A stretch of 63,978 nucleotides of DNA, filler included, from an uncultured Myxococcia bacterium (GTDB taxonomy: Bacteria > CAZTWC01): NCBI GenBank assembly GCA_964617105.1. It is 15 parts of 15 records of this genome, joined end to end, with 100 filler letters (N's around TTAATTAATTAA, not from the genome) between each part and the next. Parts side by side here need not be neighbours in the genome. Positions count along the whole stretch, not along the records: positions 1 to 4,460 come from CAZTWC010000298.1; positions 4,561 to 8,970 come from CAZTWC010000299.1; positions 9,071 to 13,465 come from CAZTWC010000300.1; 12 more parts are not named here. One strand, given 5' to 3'. Below the pieces are notes generated by a model. It worked only from the letters and a program-made list of their open reading frames with translations. It did not search any database and was not told where the DNA came from. The position numbers and the translations under genes are program-made. Shown one piece after another: positions 1 through 9,689 of the stretch. Each line of letters starts with the position of its first letter. Position 1 is the stretch's first letter.

Positions 1-41
1 AATAGAATTACACTCATCATATATTAAAGATTTTTTACGAT

Positions 42-1274
42 TTGGATTGCCAATCCGACGAGTTGTGCGACAGTGGCATCTGCAACACCAAAGGCGGCCA
101 GGGGACCAGTTGCATGGATCAAAACCAATGCGCCAAAGGCTACATCTGCCAAGGTGGAGAATGCTATTTACACTTTGTGCCAGTTGGAGGTGGTGGCTCC
201 CAGGATACTTGTAAAACTGACACCGATTGTCCATCAGGTAGTCAATGCCTAAATAATCAATGTATTCCAAATAATTCTTGCCTGCATGATGCTGATTGTC
301 CCCCTGGACATTACTGTGACATGGGTCTTTGCCGTAAAATGCCGGAAACTGATCCTCACAAGGATGGTGTTATTGATGTTAGTGGCATGTGGTATACCCA
401 ATATTCATTTGACATGACCAATGCTTTGATTGGATTTCCCAAACTTGGCGGTCCTCTGGATAAACTGGACCAGTTGTTTAAGAACGGTTTTAATCTGAAA
501 AATAAGATCCCCATTATCGGAGATATAATTGATAAAGCAGTGGCCAACTATTTAAAATCCCGTTTCAAATCCGGGATTCCCGAGGTGATTACCGCTCTTA
601 ATAACATAGCCAATATGTTACAGACCTGGAAAGCCAAAGGAGAGATGCAACTTCGCCATCTGAATCCCAGGAATAAAATCTCCGGCACTGAGAACTGGAA
701 CAGTCTGATACTCTACTGGATTGACCAGTGTCCCATGGGTAGAGCCGATCCAAACTATCCTCAGTGCGCTGAACTTGATGTAGGCTTTAAGCATGCCGAT
801 GTAAAAATTGAGGTTTTCCCCTTCACCGGCTCGGTGTCTGGCAATACCTTTAACATGGATAACCGCAAAATTAAAATGGAAGTAAACAAACTAATTTCCT
901 ACCTGGTTAACCTGGTAATTAAAGTGACCACCGGACATCCAGACCTGAAAACCATGCTGAAAAAAAGTATTGATTGCACTGAAGTCCAAAAAGCAGTTGA
1001 AGGTTTAGCCTGTTCCATTGGTTACTGTGGCTCCTTGCAATTTGTCCAAATTGCCTGTAACCAGGCCAAAGATCCGGTTGCAGATCTGATTGGCGCCAAG
1101 ATTGATTCTCTAAAATCATCCGACAATGTCCTGGAATTTTCCGGATATGCTCAAATCGTCAGTGACAATAACCAGCCTCCTCAAAGCCTGGAGATGAAAA
1201 ATGGAGTGTTAAATGGAAAGGCCAAAGTGGTTTCCTCCGGCAAAACTACCGGTGACTGGTCGGCTACCAGGTAA
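42..1274 (+). CDS. Cys-rich repeat surface/secreted protein (Myxococcota-type); 5' end uncertain
   Basis: Four C-x-x-(D/Q)-x-x-C...C...G-x-C repeats followed by a ~300 aa globular domain. An in-frame TAG at 3-5 and a weak TTG start make the true start uncertain. Confidence 0.65.
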   Translation: MDCQSDELCDSGICNTKGGQGTSCMDQNQCAKGYICQGGECYLHFVPVGGGGSQDTCKTDTDCPSGSQCLNNQCIPNNSCLHDADCPPGHYCDMGLCRKMPETDPHKDGVIDVSGMWYTQYSFDMTNALIGFPKLGGPLDKLDQLFKNGFNLKNKIPIIGDIIDKAVANYLKSRFKSGIPEVITALNNIANMLQTWKAKGEMQLRHLNPRNKISGTENWNSLILYWIDQCPMGRADPNYPQCAELDVGFKHADVKIEVFPFTGSVSGNTFNMDNRKIKMEVNKLISYLVNLVIKVTTGHPDLKTMLKKSIDCTEVQKAVEGLACSIGYCGSLQFVQIACNQAKDPVADLIGAKIDSLKSSDNVLEFSGYAQIVSDNNQPPQSLEMKNGVLNGKAKVVSSGKTTGDWSATR

Positions 1275-1299
1275 AATTACACATTAATGAGGTATAATA

Positions 1300-2067
1300 T
1301 TGAAACCAGTTAACATTATTTTTCTTTTATTGCTCTTCTTTCTTACCCCTGGTTTGCTCAAGGCCAGCGATATAAATTGTGAATATCCAAATATCCTGAT
1401 TGTATTGGATAAATCGAGCTCCATGACCCACGGCATCTCTGGGGTCACCAAGTGGCAAATCGCCAAAGAGGCTATTGATACTTTCCTGACCACCAATCAG
1501 GCTAAAATTCGCTTTGGCTTGATGCTATTTCCCGATCCAGATAAATGCAATCCCGGAAAAGTTTTAGTGCACCTTAAAGAGAATAACCACCAAAATATTC
1601 TCTTGGAATTGTCCTCTCCCCCGCCAGTAGGAGGAAATTATACTCCTATGGCCCAAAGTCTCCAAAATGCCTCCAATTATTCTGGTTTGGCAGATATTTC
1701 CCGCCGTAATTATGTATTGCTGATTACCGATGGTTGGCAGTGGTGCGATCCCTATGATTCAGCCACTAGATTCACGCCGGTGGATGAAGTTACCAATTTG
1801 ACCCTAAAAAACATCTCCACTTTTGTGATAGGTTTTGGTGGTTCGGTTGATGTCCTAACCCTGAATAGATGCGCGGTTGCAGGAAAAACCCAAAAAGCCA
1901 ATTGCGATCCTCTTAGCAACGATGCAACTTCTAATGCAAACTGCTATTTTCAGGCAGACGACCAAAACGGTTTAGTCCAGGCTTTGACCAACATTGTCCA
2001 GATCATTACCAAAGAGATCTGTGATGGCAAGGACAACGATTGCGACGGGTTAACGGATGGAAAATGA
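1300..2067 (+). CDS. Secreted VWA-domain protein, N-terminal part (probably continuous with 2057-2836 across a 1-nt frameshift)
   Basis: Signal peptide; MIDAS motif DKSSS...YTP...ITDG; ends in the EICDGKDNDCDGLTD Cys/Asp motif. Confidence 0.8.
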   Translation: MKPVNIIFLLLLFFLTPGLLKASDINCEYPNILIVLDKSSSMTHGISGVTKWQIAKEAIDTFLTTNQAKIRFGLMLFPDPDKCNPGKVLVHLKENNHQNILLELSSPPPVGGNYTPMAQSLQNASNYSGLADISRRNYVLLITDGWQWCDPYDSATRFTPVDEVTNLTLKNISTFVIGFGGSVDVLTLNRCAVAGKTQKANCDPLSNDATSNANCYFQADDQNGLVQALTNIVQIITKEICDGKDNDCDGLTDGK

Positions 2068-2836
2068 GTCCTGTGAAACAGGAGCACTGTGTCTTTGTGG
2101 AAAATGTGCCGCACCTTGTTTTAACCACGAATGTAATTTTGAACAATTCTGCGTTAATGGTTTCTGTGTAACTGATCCCTGTTGCGGAAAAAAATGCATC
2201 GCTGGTTTCCATTGCATTGATGGCGCTTGCGCCAGTATATGCGCCCTTACTCCAATAGAATGTGCAGATGGTAAATACTGCGCCATGAACGAGCCATGTT
2301 CATCAGGAAAACCAGAAGAGTGTAAGATTGAATGCCGCCCGGATGACTGTTACTCTACGGAAACTCGCTGTAAAACCGGCGAACTTTGTATCAATGGCAA
2401 ATGTAAAATCGATATCTGCCGCCAGGTTTCCTGCCCCAAGGGAGGTTACTGTGACCAGGAAACTGGAAACTGTTTTCCGATATGCGACAACAACTCTTGC
2501 CCGGACGGTCAATCCTGCTCGAATGGCTTCTGCTCACCCGATGCCTGCGCTGGAGTCAAATGTGTTTATGGGAAGATGTGTGTTCAAGGAAAATGCACCA
2601 GCGACCCTTGCATTTCAACTGGCTGTCCGGCCGGACAAATTTGTCTTGAGGGTAAGTGTGTTGCCAATGCCTGTGAAGGAATAACCTGTCCTGATGATTC
2701 AGTTTGCCAAAAAGGGACCTGCATCTATCTATCCGACCTGCAAAATAATGGACCCGGCCAAAATACTGAAAACAATGATGACAATAACACCAACTCAGTT
2801 AACCCGGGGGGGTGTTCCTGTTCGGTATTGCCGTAA
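2057..2836 (+). CDS. Cys-rich repeat C-terminal part of the VWA protein, ending in GGCSCSVLP
   Basis: Repeated DPC..V.C..G..C..G.C units, then an Asn-rich linker and a terminal GGCSC motif. Confidence 0.75.
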   Translation: MENESCETGALCLCGKCAAPCFNHECNFEQFCVNGFCVTDPCCGKKCIAGFHCIDGACASICALTPIECADGKYCAMNEPCSSGKPEECKIECRPDDCYSTETRCKTGELCINGKCKIDICRQVSCPKGGYCDQETGNCFPICDNNSCPDGQSCSNGFCSPDACAGVKCVYGKMCVQGKCTSDPCISTGCPAGQICLEGKCVANACEGITCPDDSVCQKGTCIYLSDLQNNGPGQNTENNDDNNTNSVNPGGCSCSVLP

Positions 2837-3078
2837 CTCAACGAGCCAATCTTAACCCTGTGGGACGGGCTTATGGCTTTGAGTGCTCATATCGAAACCA
2901 ATGCGGCAGCAACATGATTGATTATGGACGCAAAAATCGTGTTCCTCTAGAAATATATTCTTGCCTAAAAAGCATTTTACCTTTATAGTATAAAAATATA
3001 ATAAAAGTACTACAATAATAAATACTGCCCAAATAGTTCCTGGCAACAAAGGCGGTATCTCTGACTAACACTATATTT

Positions 3079-4460
3079 ATGAATAAAATTAACTGGTTTT
3101 TGCTGCTGTTGATGGCCTTTTTTGTCCTATCCTGCGGGCAAAAAAACTATTCCGGTAAAAAAAGCACTCCAATAATCACCAATGGGGTTTTGGATTTATC
3201 CCATTGGGATTTTAAACTGGATGGACCCATCGCTTTGCGCGGCCAGTGGAAATTCAACTGGATGGCGGATAAGCCGGAGTATGCCCAACCCTATTATGAT
3301 GATTCTGCCTGGGATACCATTAAAGTGCCTGGCACCTGGAAACAAAAAACCGGTTCCAGCCAGGGATATGGATGGTACCGGCTGAAGGTAAAACTGCCAA
3401 CCAGATCCAAAGCCAAAACTAATCCGGCCTCCGCCCTGGCCACTAAACCAGACCGGATGTCCATCATGATCCCATATATACACACCGCGGCAACCATTTT
3501 TATTGATGGCCGCAAAGTTAACCAATCGGGCCGCCCCGGCCTTTACCAGGCAGATACTAAACCCCAGTTTTTACCTATGATGGTAAATTTTGATCTTAAT
3601 CGTCATATCAATTGGGTAAAATACTCAGATGTTATTCTGCCAGCCGCCTCTACCAGGGAGCAACACCTTCCTTCTCAAATTGTCATTGCTATCAAGGTGG
3701 CAAACTTCCATCATGACAAAGGGGGATTGACGATAACACCCAAACTTGGCTTTTCCTCTCAATTAACCCTACTATGCTTGCAGAAAGATATCCTGGGGTT
3801 GATGGTGCTGGGTATTTTGCTGATGATGGCCCTTTACCATTTTTTACTCTATTTTGGCCGCCGTCAAGAGAAGGGGTATTTGTGGTTTGGACTATCTTGT
3901 ATAACGATATTAACCCGTTATTTTTTCTCCTCATGTTATCCTGAGCGATTGTGGCCCGATTTTGATTCTATTGGTTATTATAACCTGCGGATGAAAATAG
4001 AGTATATAATCATGCCGCTTAACACCATAGTTTTTTTGCTGTTTTTGCGCTGTCTATTTAAAGAGGTTATGCATAAGCGGATATTACAGGTGTTGTTTGT
4101 GAGCGGAGGGTTATTTTGCATATTTATTGTTTTTGCCCCCATAATAACCATCACTGAGCAATTATCCCTGATTCAATTACAGGCACTTGTTTGCTCCTGC
4201 TATGCGGCTTATATTTTTATTCAGGCGGTTCGCCATCAGCAGGAAGCCGCCTGGTATATTCTGATAGGTGGATTCGTCTATCTTCTTGTTATTGTCAACG
4301 ACATCCTCTATTTTCAGCAGGTGATTGAAACATTTGTAATGCTTCCCTATGGCCTTGCGGTGTTTATATTTTCCCAGTCAGCAGTGTTGTCCATGCGGTT
4401 TGCCAACACTTTTCACCGGGCGGAAGGATTGAATATCCAACTGGGAGATGCCAACCAAAA
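3079..4460 (+). CDS. 7TM-DISM-type sensor with N-terminal sugar-binding-like domain (3' partial; probably kinase or other signalling output)
   Basis: Lipobox VLSC; LRGQWKF...VPGTW...GYGWYRL beta-sandwich motifs; about seven TM helices; runs into the contig end. Confidence 0.75.
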
Positions 4461-4560
4461 NNNNNNNNNNNNNNNNNNNNNNNNNNNNNNNNNNNNNNNN
4501 NNNNTTAATTAATTAANNNNNNNNNNNNNNNNNNNNNNNNNNNNNNNNNNNNNNNNNNNN
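4461..4560. other. Artificial contig linker (first of 14: also 8971-9070, 13466-13565, 17934-18033, 22382-22481, 26830-26929, 31278-31377, 35705-35804, 40131-40230, 44552-44651, 48927-49026, 53276-53375, 57621-57720, 61960-62059)
   Basis: Identical 100-nt N44-TTAATTAATTAA-N44 spacers with stops in all six frames; genes are cut at each one; contig lengths decrease monotonically. Confidence 0.98.
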
Positions 4561-4812
4561 GATAAACAAGATGAACTTGATGCTGGTTGTATGTATGATG
4601 TGTTGGAGGGAGAAATAATCCCGCTTTATTTCCAACGGTCTGAAGGGAACGTCCCTCACGGCTGGGTCCAGTGTATGAAGGAATCTATTAAAGCCGTAAC
4701 CCGCCAGTTTAATACCCACCGAATGGTCAAGGAATACTTTGAAAGTCTCTATATACCGGCCGGATCCACTGAACAAGATGTCTGGCATCTGGGCCAAGAT
4801 CTGGTATCGTAA
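4561..4812 (+). CDS. glgP: Alpha-glucan (glycogen) phosphorylase, C-terminal fragment
   Basis: QDELDAGCMYDVLEGEIIPLYF...WVQCMKESI...FNTHRMVKEY...LYIP matches the phosphorylase C-terminus. Confidence 0.85.
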   Translation, partial: DKQDELDAGCMYDVLEGEIIPLYFQRSEGNVPHGWVQCMKESIKAVTRQFNTHRMVKEYFESLYIPAGSTEQDVWHLGQDLVS

Positions 4813-4835
4813 CCAAGTTGATTCCCGGAAGGGAA

Positions 4836-5729
4836 CTATTTAATTAAGTGGCCAACCCGGTGACGATTTCGCTCATCCTGTAATTCCTCTATTTGCAGCG
4901 CAACCTGGTGTCTGACAATATGGTGTAACTCTTTGCAATAAACTATATTTTGGTGTTCACCCTGGTATATAGTTGTTTCGATTGGTTTACCAAACAAAAA
5001 GTGCATCTTTTTGGGACGAGGTAAAATGGTGGGACCTATCCCTCTGACCAATGGAGGCAAGTGGTCTCCCTTGAGATGTATTTTTTTCATCAATTTTCCC
5101 AGGGGAGTGGCCATAATCTGGCGGTTGTCCACCAAAATCTGGTAGCATTCCTCTGCTCCCACTGCAGCAAAGGGGATGATTGGACAACCGTGCTTTATAG
5201 CCATCTTGGCAAAACCAGTGCGTTTTTTCCAGATTAATTGATATTGCTCTCCCTTGTTTTTAAAAGCCTCCCTGGCGCCACCAGGAAAAACCAGTATATA
5301 GTTGTGTCTATCTAACAGAGTGGAACAGTTTTTTCTGGTGCCGTCAACCATACCGAATTTGAACATCAAATCTCGCCATAAGGGAACTTTAAAGTGAAAG
5401 TGATCTCCCATGGCTCGAAGGTAGATCCCTTTTTTTCTAAATAGGTGGCTCCACATTAAGGAGGCATCCAAAATTCCCATCAAAGTATGGTTGCCAACCA
5501 GGATTGCCGGACCTTTGCCTAACAGGTTCTCCATTCCCAAAAAACTAGGCCGGGTCAATTTTTCCCATGGTTTGAGCAAAGCCAGCCATTTGGCCATCTC
5601 TTTTTGATCGGGTATTTTTAGGGGCACAGGAACTCCCTGCCGCTCCCTATATTTTGTTCTCTTCTCCTGCTGGTCAAAAAAAGATTGTTTAGAAGCTAAA
5701 GGATGGATTGGGGCTATTGGTTCCGACAT
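4836..5729 (-). CDS. Lysophospholipid/diacylglycerol acyltransferase family protein
   Basis: GNHTLMGILD and VFPGGARE motifs; ATG at 5729 follows AGGAGGAGA. Confidence 0.85.
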   Translation of the reverse strand: MSEPIAPIHPLASKQSFFDQQEKRTKYRERQGVPVPLKIPDQKEMAKWLALLKPWEKLTRPSFLGMENLLGKGPAILVGNHTLMGILDASLMWSHLFRKKGIYLRAMGDHFHFKVPLWRDLMFKFGMVDGTRKNCSTLLDRHNYILVFPGGAREAFKNKGEQYQLIWKKRTGFAKMAIKHGCPIIPFAAVGAEECYQILVDNRQIMATPLGKLMKKIHLKGDHLPPLVRGIGPTILPRPKKMHFLFGKPIETTIYQGEHQNIVYCKELHHIVRHQVALQIEELQDERNRHRVGHLIK

Positions 5730-5801
5730 ATCTCCTCCTATTTGTTGCAGTGACATCATTTATAACTTCGCAACGAAAATTTGGATTCGCTCGAATAACA
5801 C

Positions 5802-7454
5802 CTAATTTGCAGCCGAAGTCAAAGCCTGTTCCACTATATATCTGGCCTCATCAATTATGCTGTCAAGGTGACTTTGGCTTTTGAAACTCTCGGCGTAAAT
5901 TTTATAAATATTTTCAGTTCCAGATGGCCGGGCGGCAAACCATCCGTTTTTAGTAGTAACTTTAAGTCCACCGATAGGTGCCTGGTTGGCCGGCGCTTTA
6001 GTCATTTTATCTTCAATGGGTTCTCCTGCCATTGTAATGGCGCTCACCATTTGTGGAGACATTTTTTTTAAAACCGCTTTCTGTTGCGGGGAGCAAGGAG
6101 AATCTATACGAGTATAAAATGGGTGGCCAAGTTTCTCCGCCAGCCTCTGGAAATGCCATCCCGGATCCTTGCCAGTTAAAGCGGTTATCTCTGCTGCCAA
6201 CAAGTTCATTATAATACCATCTTTGTCTGTGGTCCAAACCTTACCGTTATGGCGCAAGAAACTGGCGCCAGCACTCTCTTCACCACCAAAAGCATATTCC
6301 CCATTTAACAACCCAGGTACAAACCATTTGAAACCCACCGGCACTTCAGCAATTTTTCTGCCCAAATCTCGTGCCACCCGATCTATTATTGCACTTGAAA
6401 CCAGAGTTTTTCCAATCATTGCCGTGAAGGGCCATTGGCGCCGGTTAAACAAATAATCTATAGACACTGCCAAATAATGGTTAGGGTTGAGCAGTCCAGA
6501 AGATGGGGTAACAATTCCGTGCCGGTCACCATCAGGATCATTGCCAAAGGCGATATCAAAATCATCTTTTATGTTGGTCAGGCTGGCCATGGCATACCCG
6601 CTGGAGCAATCCATTCTAATTTTACCATCGTGATCAAGAGTCATAAAGGAAAAAGCAGGTTCGATCTTTTGGTTTACCACAGTCAAATCTAAGTGATAGA
6701 ATTCGGTCAAACGATTCCAGTATTGGATGGTTGAACCGCCCAGAGGATCCGCCCCGATTTTTATCTTTTCTCCTACTATTGGTTCAAAATCGATAATATT
6801 TTTCAGGTCGCTTAAATAAGGTTGAATAAAATCATAGAGGTGGGTATTTTCTTCTTTTAAAGCATCCTTAAACGGCATTCTTTTTATGAAATTTTTAATC
6901 CCGCTTTTCAAAATCTGGTTGGCTCTATCCTGGATTCCTGCAGTAATCTTAGTATCCGCCGGCCCACCGTTAGGAGGATTGTATTTAATTCCACCATCAC
7001 TTGGTGGATTATGCGAAGGAGTAATCACTATGCCGTCAGCCAGGTGCTCTTTTTTCCCATGGTTATAGGATAAAATAGCGTGAGAAATCACCGGGGTTGG
7101 AGTATAACCATCTTCTGACTGGATAAACACCTCAACGCCATTGGCGGCCAACACCTCCAGGGCGCTCTCCTGGGCCGGCCCTGATAAGGCATGGGTATCC
7201 TTGCCCATGTATAGAGGGCCGTCAATCCCATTGGTCTTCCGAAAGTCGCAGATGGCCTGGGCAATAGCGTATATATGAGCCTGGTTGAATGAGCCATGGC
7301 TGGATGATCCTCTATGTCCGCTGGTGCCAAAGGAAACCTGCTGGGATTGTTCTTGAAAAGCAGGTTCGATTGAGTAATAATCATCCAATAATTTATTAAT
7401 ATCAATTAACATTGATTGAGGGGCCTTTTGGCCGGCTAATTTATGAGTAGGCAT
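5802..7454 (-). CDS. pgm: Phosphoglucomutase (alpha-D-glucose-1,6-bisphosphate-dependent)
   Basis: FGTSGHRG, TPSHNP, DPDGDRH, GEESAG and RPSGTE motifs. Confidence 0.97.
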   Translation of the reverse strand: MPTHKLAGQKAPQSMLIDINKLLDDYYSIEPAFQEQSQQVSFGTSGHRGSSSHGSFNQAHIYAIAQAICDFRKTNGIDGPLYMGKDTHALSGPAQESALEVLAANGVEVFIQSEDGYTPTPVISHAILSYNHGKKEHLADGIVITPSHNPPSDGGIKYNPPNGGPADTKITAGIQDRANQILKSGIKNFIKRMPFKDALKEENTHLYDFIQPYLSDLKNIIDFEPIVGEKIKIGADPLGGSTIQYWNRLTEFYHLDLTVVNQKIEPAFSFMTLDHDGKIRMDCSSGYAMASLTNIKDDFDIAFGNDPDGDRHGIVTPSSGLLNPNHYLAVSIDYLFNRRQWPFTAMIGKTLVSSAIIDRVARDLGRKIAEVPVGFKWFVPGLLNGEYAFGGEESAGASFLRHNGKVWTTDKDGIIMNLLAAEITALTGKDPGWHFQRLAEKLGHPFYTRIDSPCSPQQKAVLKKMSPQMVSAITMAGEPIEDKMTKAPANQAPIGGLKVTTKNGWFAARPSGTENIYKIYAESFKSQSHLDSIIDEARYIVEQALTSAAN

Positions 7455-7657
7455 TATATAACCTCCTTGATAAATTTTATGATTACGATTTCGATATTAC
7501 TTTATCCCAACCTAAAAATGATTACAACCCGAATTTATTTCGCAATGCTCACTATTAGTTCTCTTTGACTTTTAAGGTATCTTATGTTAAAAGGCGCTAT
7601 TACATTATATAATACATCTACCTTCATTTATTAATAATCAAGACTTGAGGTGACATT

Positions 7658-7951
7658 ATGGCAGAAACAATAGAAGATATATCAATCGATTACGAAGAGG
7701 ATAATATCAAAATTATCAAAGAGTTGGACAGAAAGATTCTGACCAGGGGCTCCTGGGCTACCGTGCTGTTTCTATTCGAGGACTACGACCGCTCCAAGCA
7801 ACAATACAATCCCCCCAAGGTGAGCATCAGACGCTATCGCAAAAGTGGCGGAACTTACAGAATGCAGAACAAGTTCAACATCTCCAACAAAGTCCAGGCT
7901 CTTAAAATTTCCCAGGCGATTACAGAATGGTACCCTGAAGACGAAGAATAA
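7658..7951 (+). CDS. Small conserved hypothetical protein, possible PC4-like nucleic-acid-binding fold
   Basis: RBS GAGGTG; ILTRGSWATVLF...PKVSIRRYRK...KFNIS basic beta-rich pattern. Confidence 0.6.
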   Translation: MAETIEDISIDYEEDNIKIIKELDRKILTRGSWATVLFLFEDYDRSKQQYNPPKVSIRRYRKSGGTYRMQNKFNISNKVQALKISQAITEWYPEDEE

Positions 7952-8059
7952 TAGTTCCATAGTTCCATTGAACGATAGCATTTCTTTACTCCTGATGTTA
8001 TAATACCAGGCATAATTACCTTTGCTCATTAACTTAACAGCCTGGGTCTGGAGTAAAAA

Positions 8060-8970
8060 ATGGGAAAATATGTTCGTTCTTTCGCACCGGCAACTTCTCA
8101 TTATTATTGTTCTTTTCTTCTTATTTTTATTTCGTTTATTATTTTCTCCTCTTGCGGAGAAACTACTCCAGTAAAAACTGAAGACGAGGAACAAAAACTT
8201 GTCCCGGGAGGTAAAACCCTCACCATTATCGGCCCGGCAATTTTGCGACTTACCAAGAAGGGTAAAATTGATCTTGAAGTGATGCTTACCCAGGAAAACG
8301 TAGGCCCTCTACCCGGGGAACAAATTAGTTATCAGGTTATTGGAAACCCGGCAGGGTCTGCTCTTACCAAGACCTCAAATGTAACTAATGAACATGGCAT
8401 AAGTTCAACCACTCTCAATTGCGGTGATCAGAATGCTGAATTTCAGATCAGGGTCACCTCAATGGAAGCATCATCTATTACCTACAGTATAATAGTGGAA
8501 CCTCTAACCAAATTGGTTAGTTTGCTGAACGGCACCATCAGGACGGCTTATACCTATTCCAAAATAATTCTTCCAGTTCAAATTACCGATAAATATGGCA
8601 TACCTCTTAGAGGCATGGCGATCTCATTCCAATTGGTCGGCCAATCTCATGGAGGCGCATCCTTAACCACCAACCAGACTATTACCGGGCCTGGAGGTAT
8701 AGGCAAAACCTATTTTGTCAGTGGTGATAAAAAAGACTTTTACCGGGTATTGGTAAAAGTTTCGGAAACTGAAGATAAAGAGTTTGAGATAACCGTCAAT
8801 GAACGCAAAGGCAAAGGAGGCATATGTCAAAATGATGCTGAGTGCAACGTTAACTTTCTCTGTAACAATGGTCTTTGCGAAGAGAAAAATTTTATTGACG
8901 ACTGCAACGTCACCAGCTGTGCCGCGGGATTTACCTGCAATAAAACCACCAAAGTATGCACTGGCGGAGT
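8060..8970 (+). CDS. Lipoprotein with two Big_1/invasin-like Ig domains followed by Cys-rich repeats (3' partial)
   Basis: FSSC lipobox; TNEHGIS and TGPGGIG Ig-like motifs; CQNDAEC...C repeats. Confidence 0.7.
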
Positions 8971-9070
8971 NNNNNNNNNNNNNNNNNNNNNNNNNNNNNN
9001 NNNNNNNNNNNNNNTTAATTAATTAANNNNNNNNNNNNNNNNNNNNNNNNNNNNNNNNNNNNNNNNNNNN

Positions 9071-9689
9071 GACCAAATATTCTTTATTCAGGTTGACTGA
9101 AAAATTAGGGCGCGGTTCAATCGTGGCCAAAGGTTGCGATATCCACCCCACCGCCTACATTGAAAATTCCTTTATTGGAGATGGAGTAAAACTAGGCGCT
9201 TTTACCTCAGTTCGCTACTCCTGGATAGGGGACAATTCTGTATTGAACGACCATTCCAGGATCAAAAACAGCGTTATCGGTGAAAATTGTCATATACTCA
9301 GCGATTCCTACCTGGTTGACAGCGTTTCATATCCCGATTCCACCATTGCCAATTTTATGTTGCGCCAATCCCTGGTTGGTCGAGGAGTATTTATTACTTC
9401 TGGAGTTATTTTTATCGATAATCCTTTGCACCATCATCTCGCTCCCTCTGTTTCCAATAAAAATTCAACTTCAGAATTTGAATACTGCGGAGGATGCGTT
9501 GGCCATCAGGCTATTTTGGGAACCAGGTCGGTTTTTCTGCCTGGATCTAAAGTGGGCAACCAATGGATGGTGGTGATGCGGCCTGAAGAGGGAGTTTACA
9601 AGATACCTTCTGGGCTGGAAAATATCCCTCTGACCTGGCACCAGGGTCAATTGATCCCAAAGGAAAATAAAAAGGAGGCGTCTGGTTGA
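9071..9689 (+). CDS. Left-handed beta-helix (hexapeptide repeat) protein (5' partial)
   Basis: KGCDIHPTAYIENSFIGDGVKLG hexapeptide repeats; paralogous to the next gene. Confidence 0.8.

Noticed and set aside
4505-4516. Recurrent TTAATTAATTAA palindrome every ~4.3 kb
   Set aside because: Artificial six-frame-stop contig linker within N runs; ORFs ending in X...LIN are artefacts.
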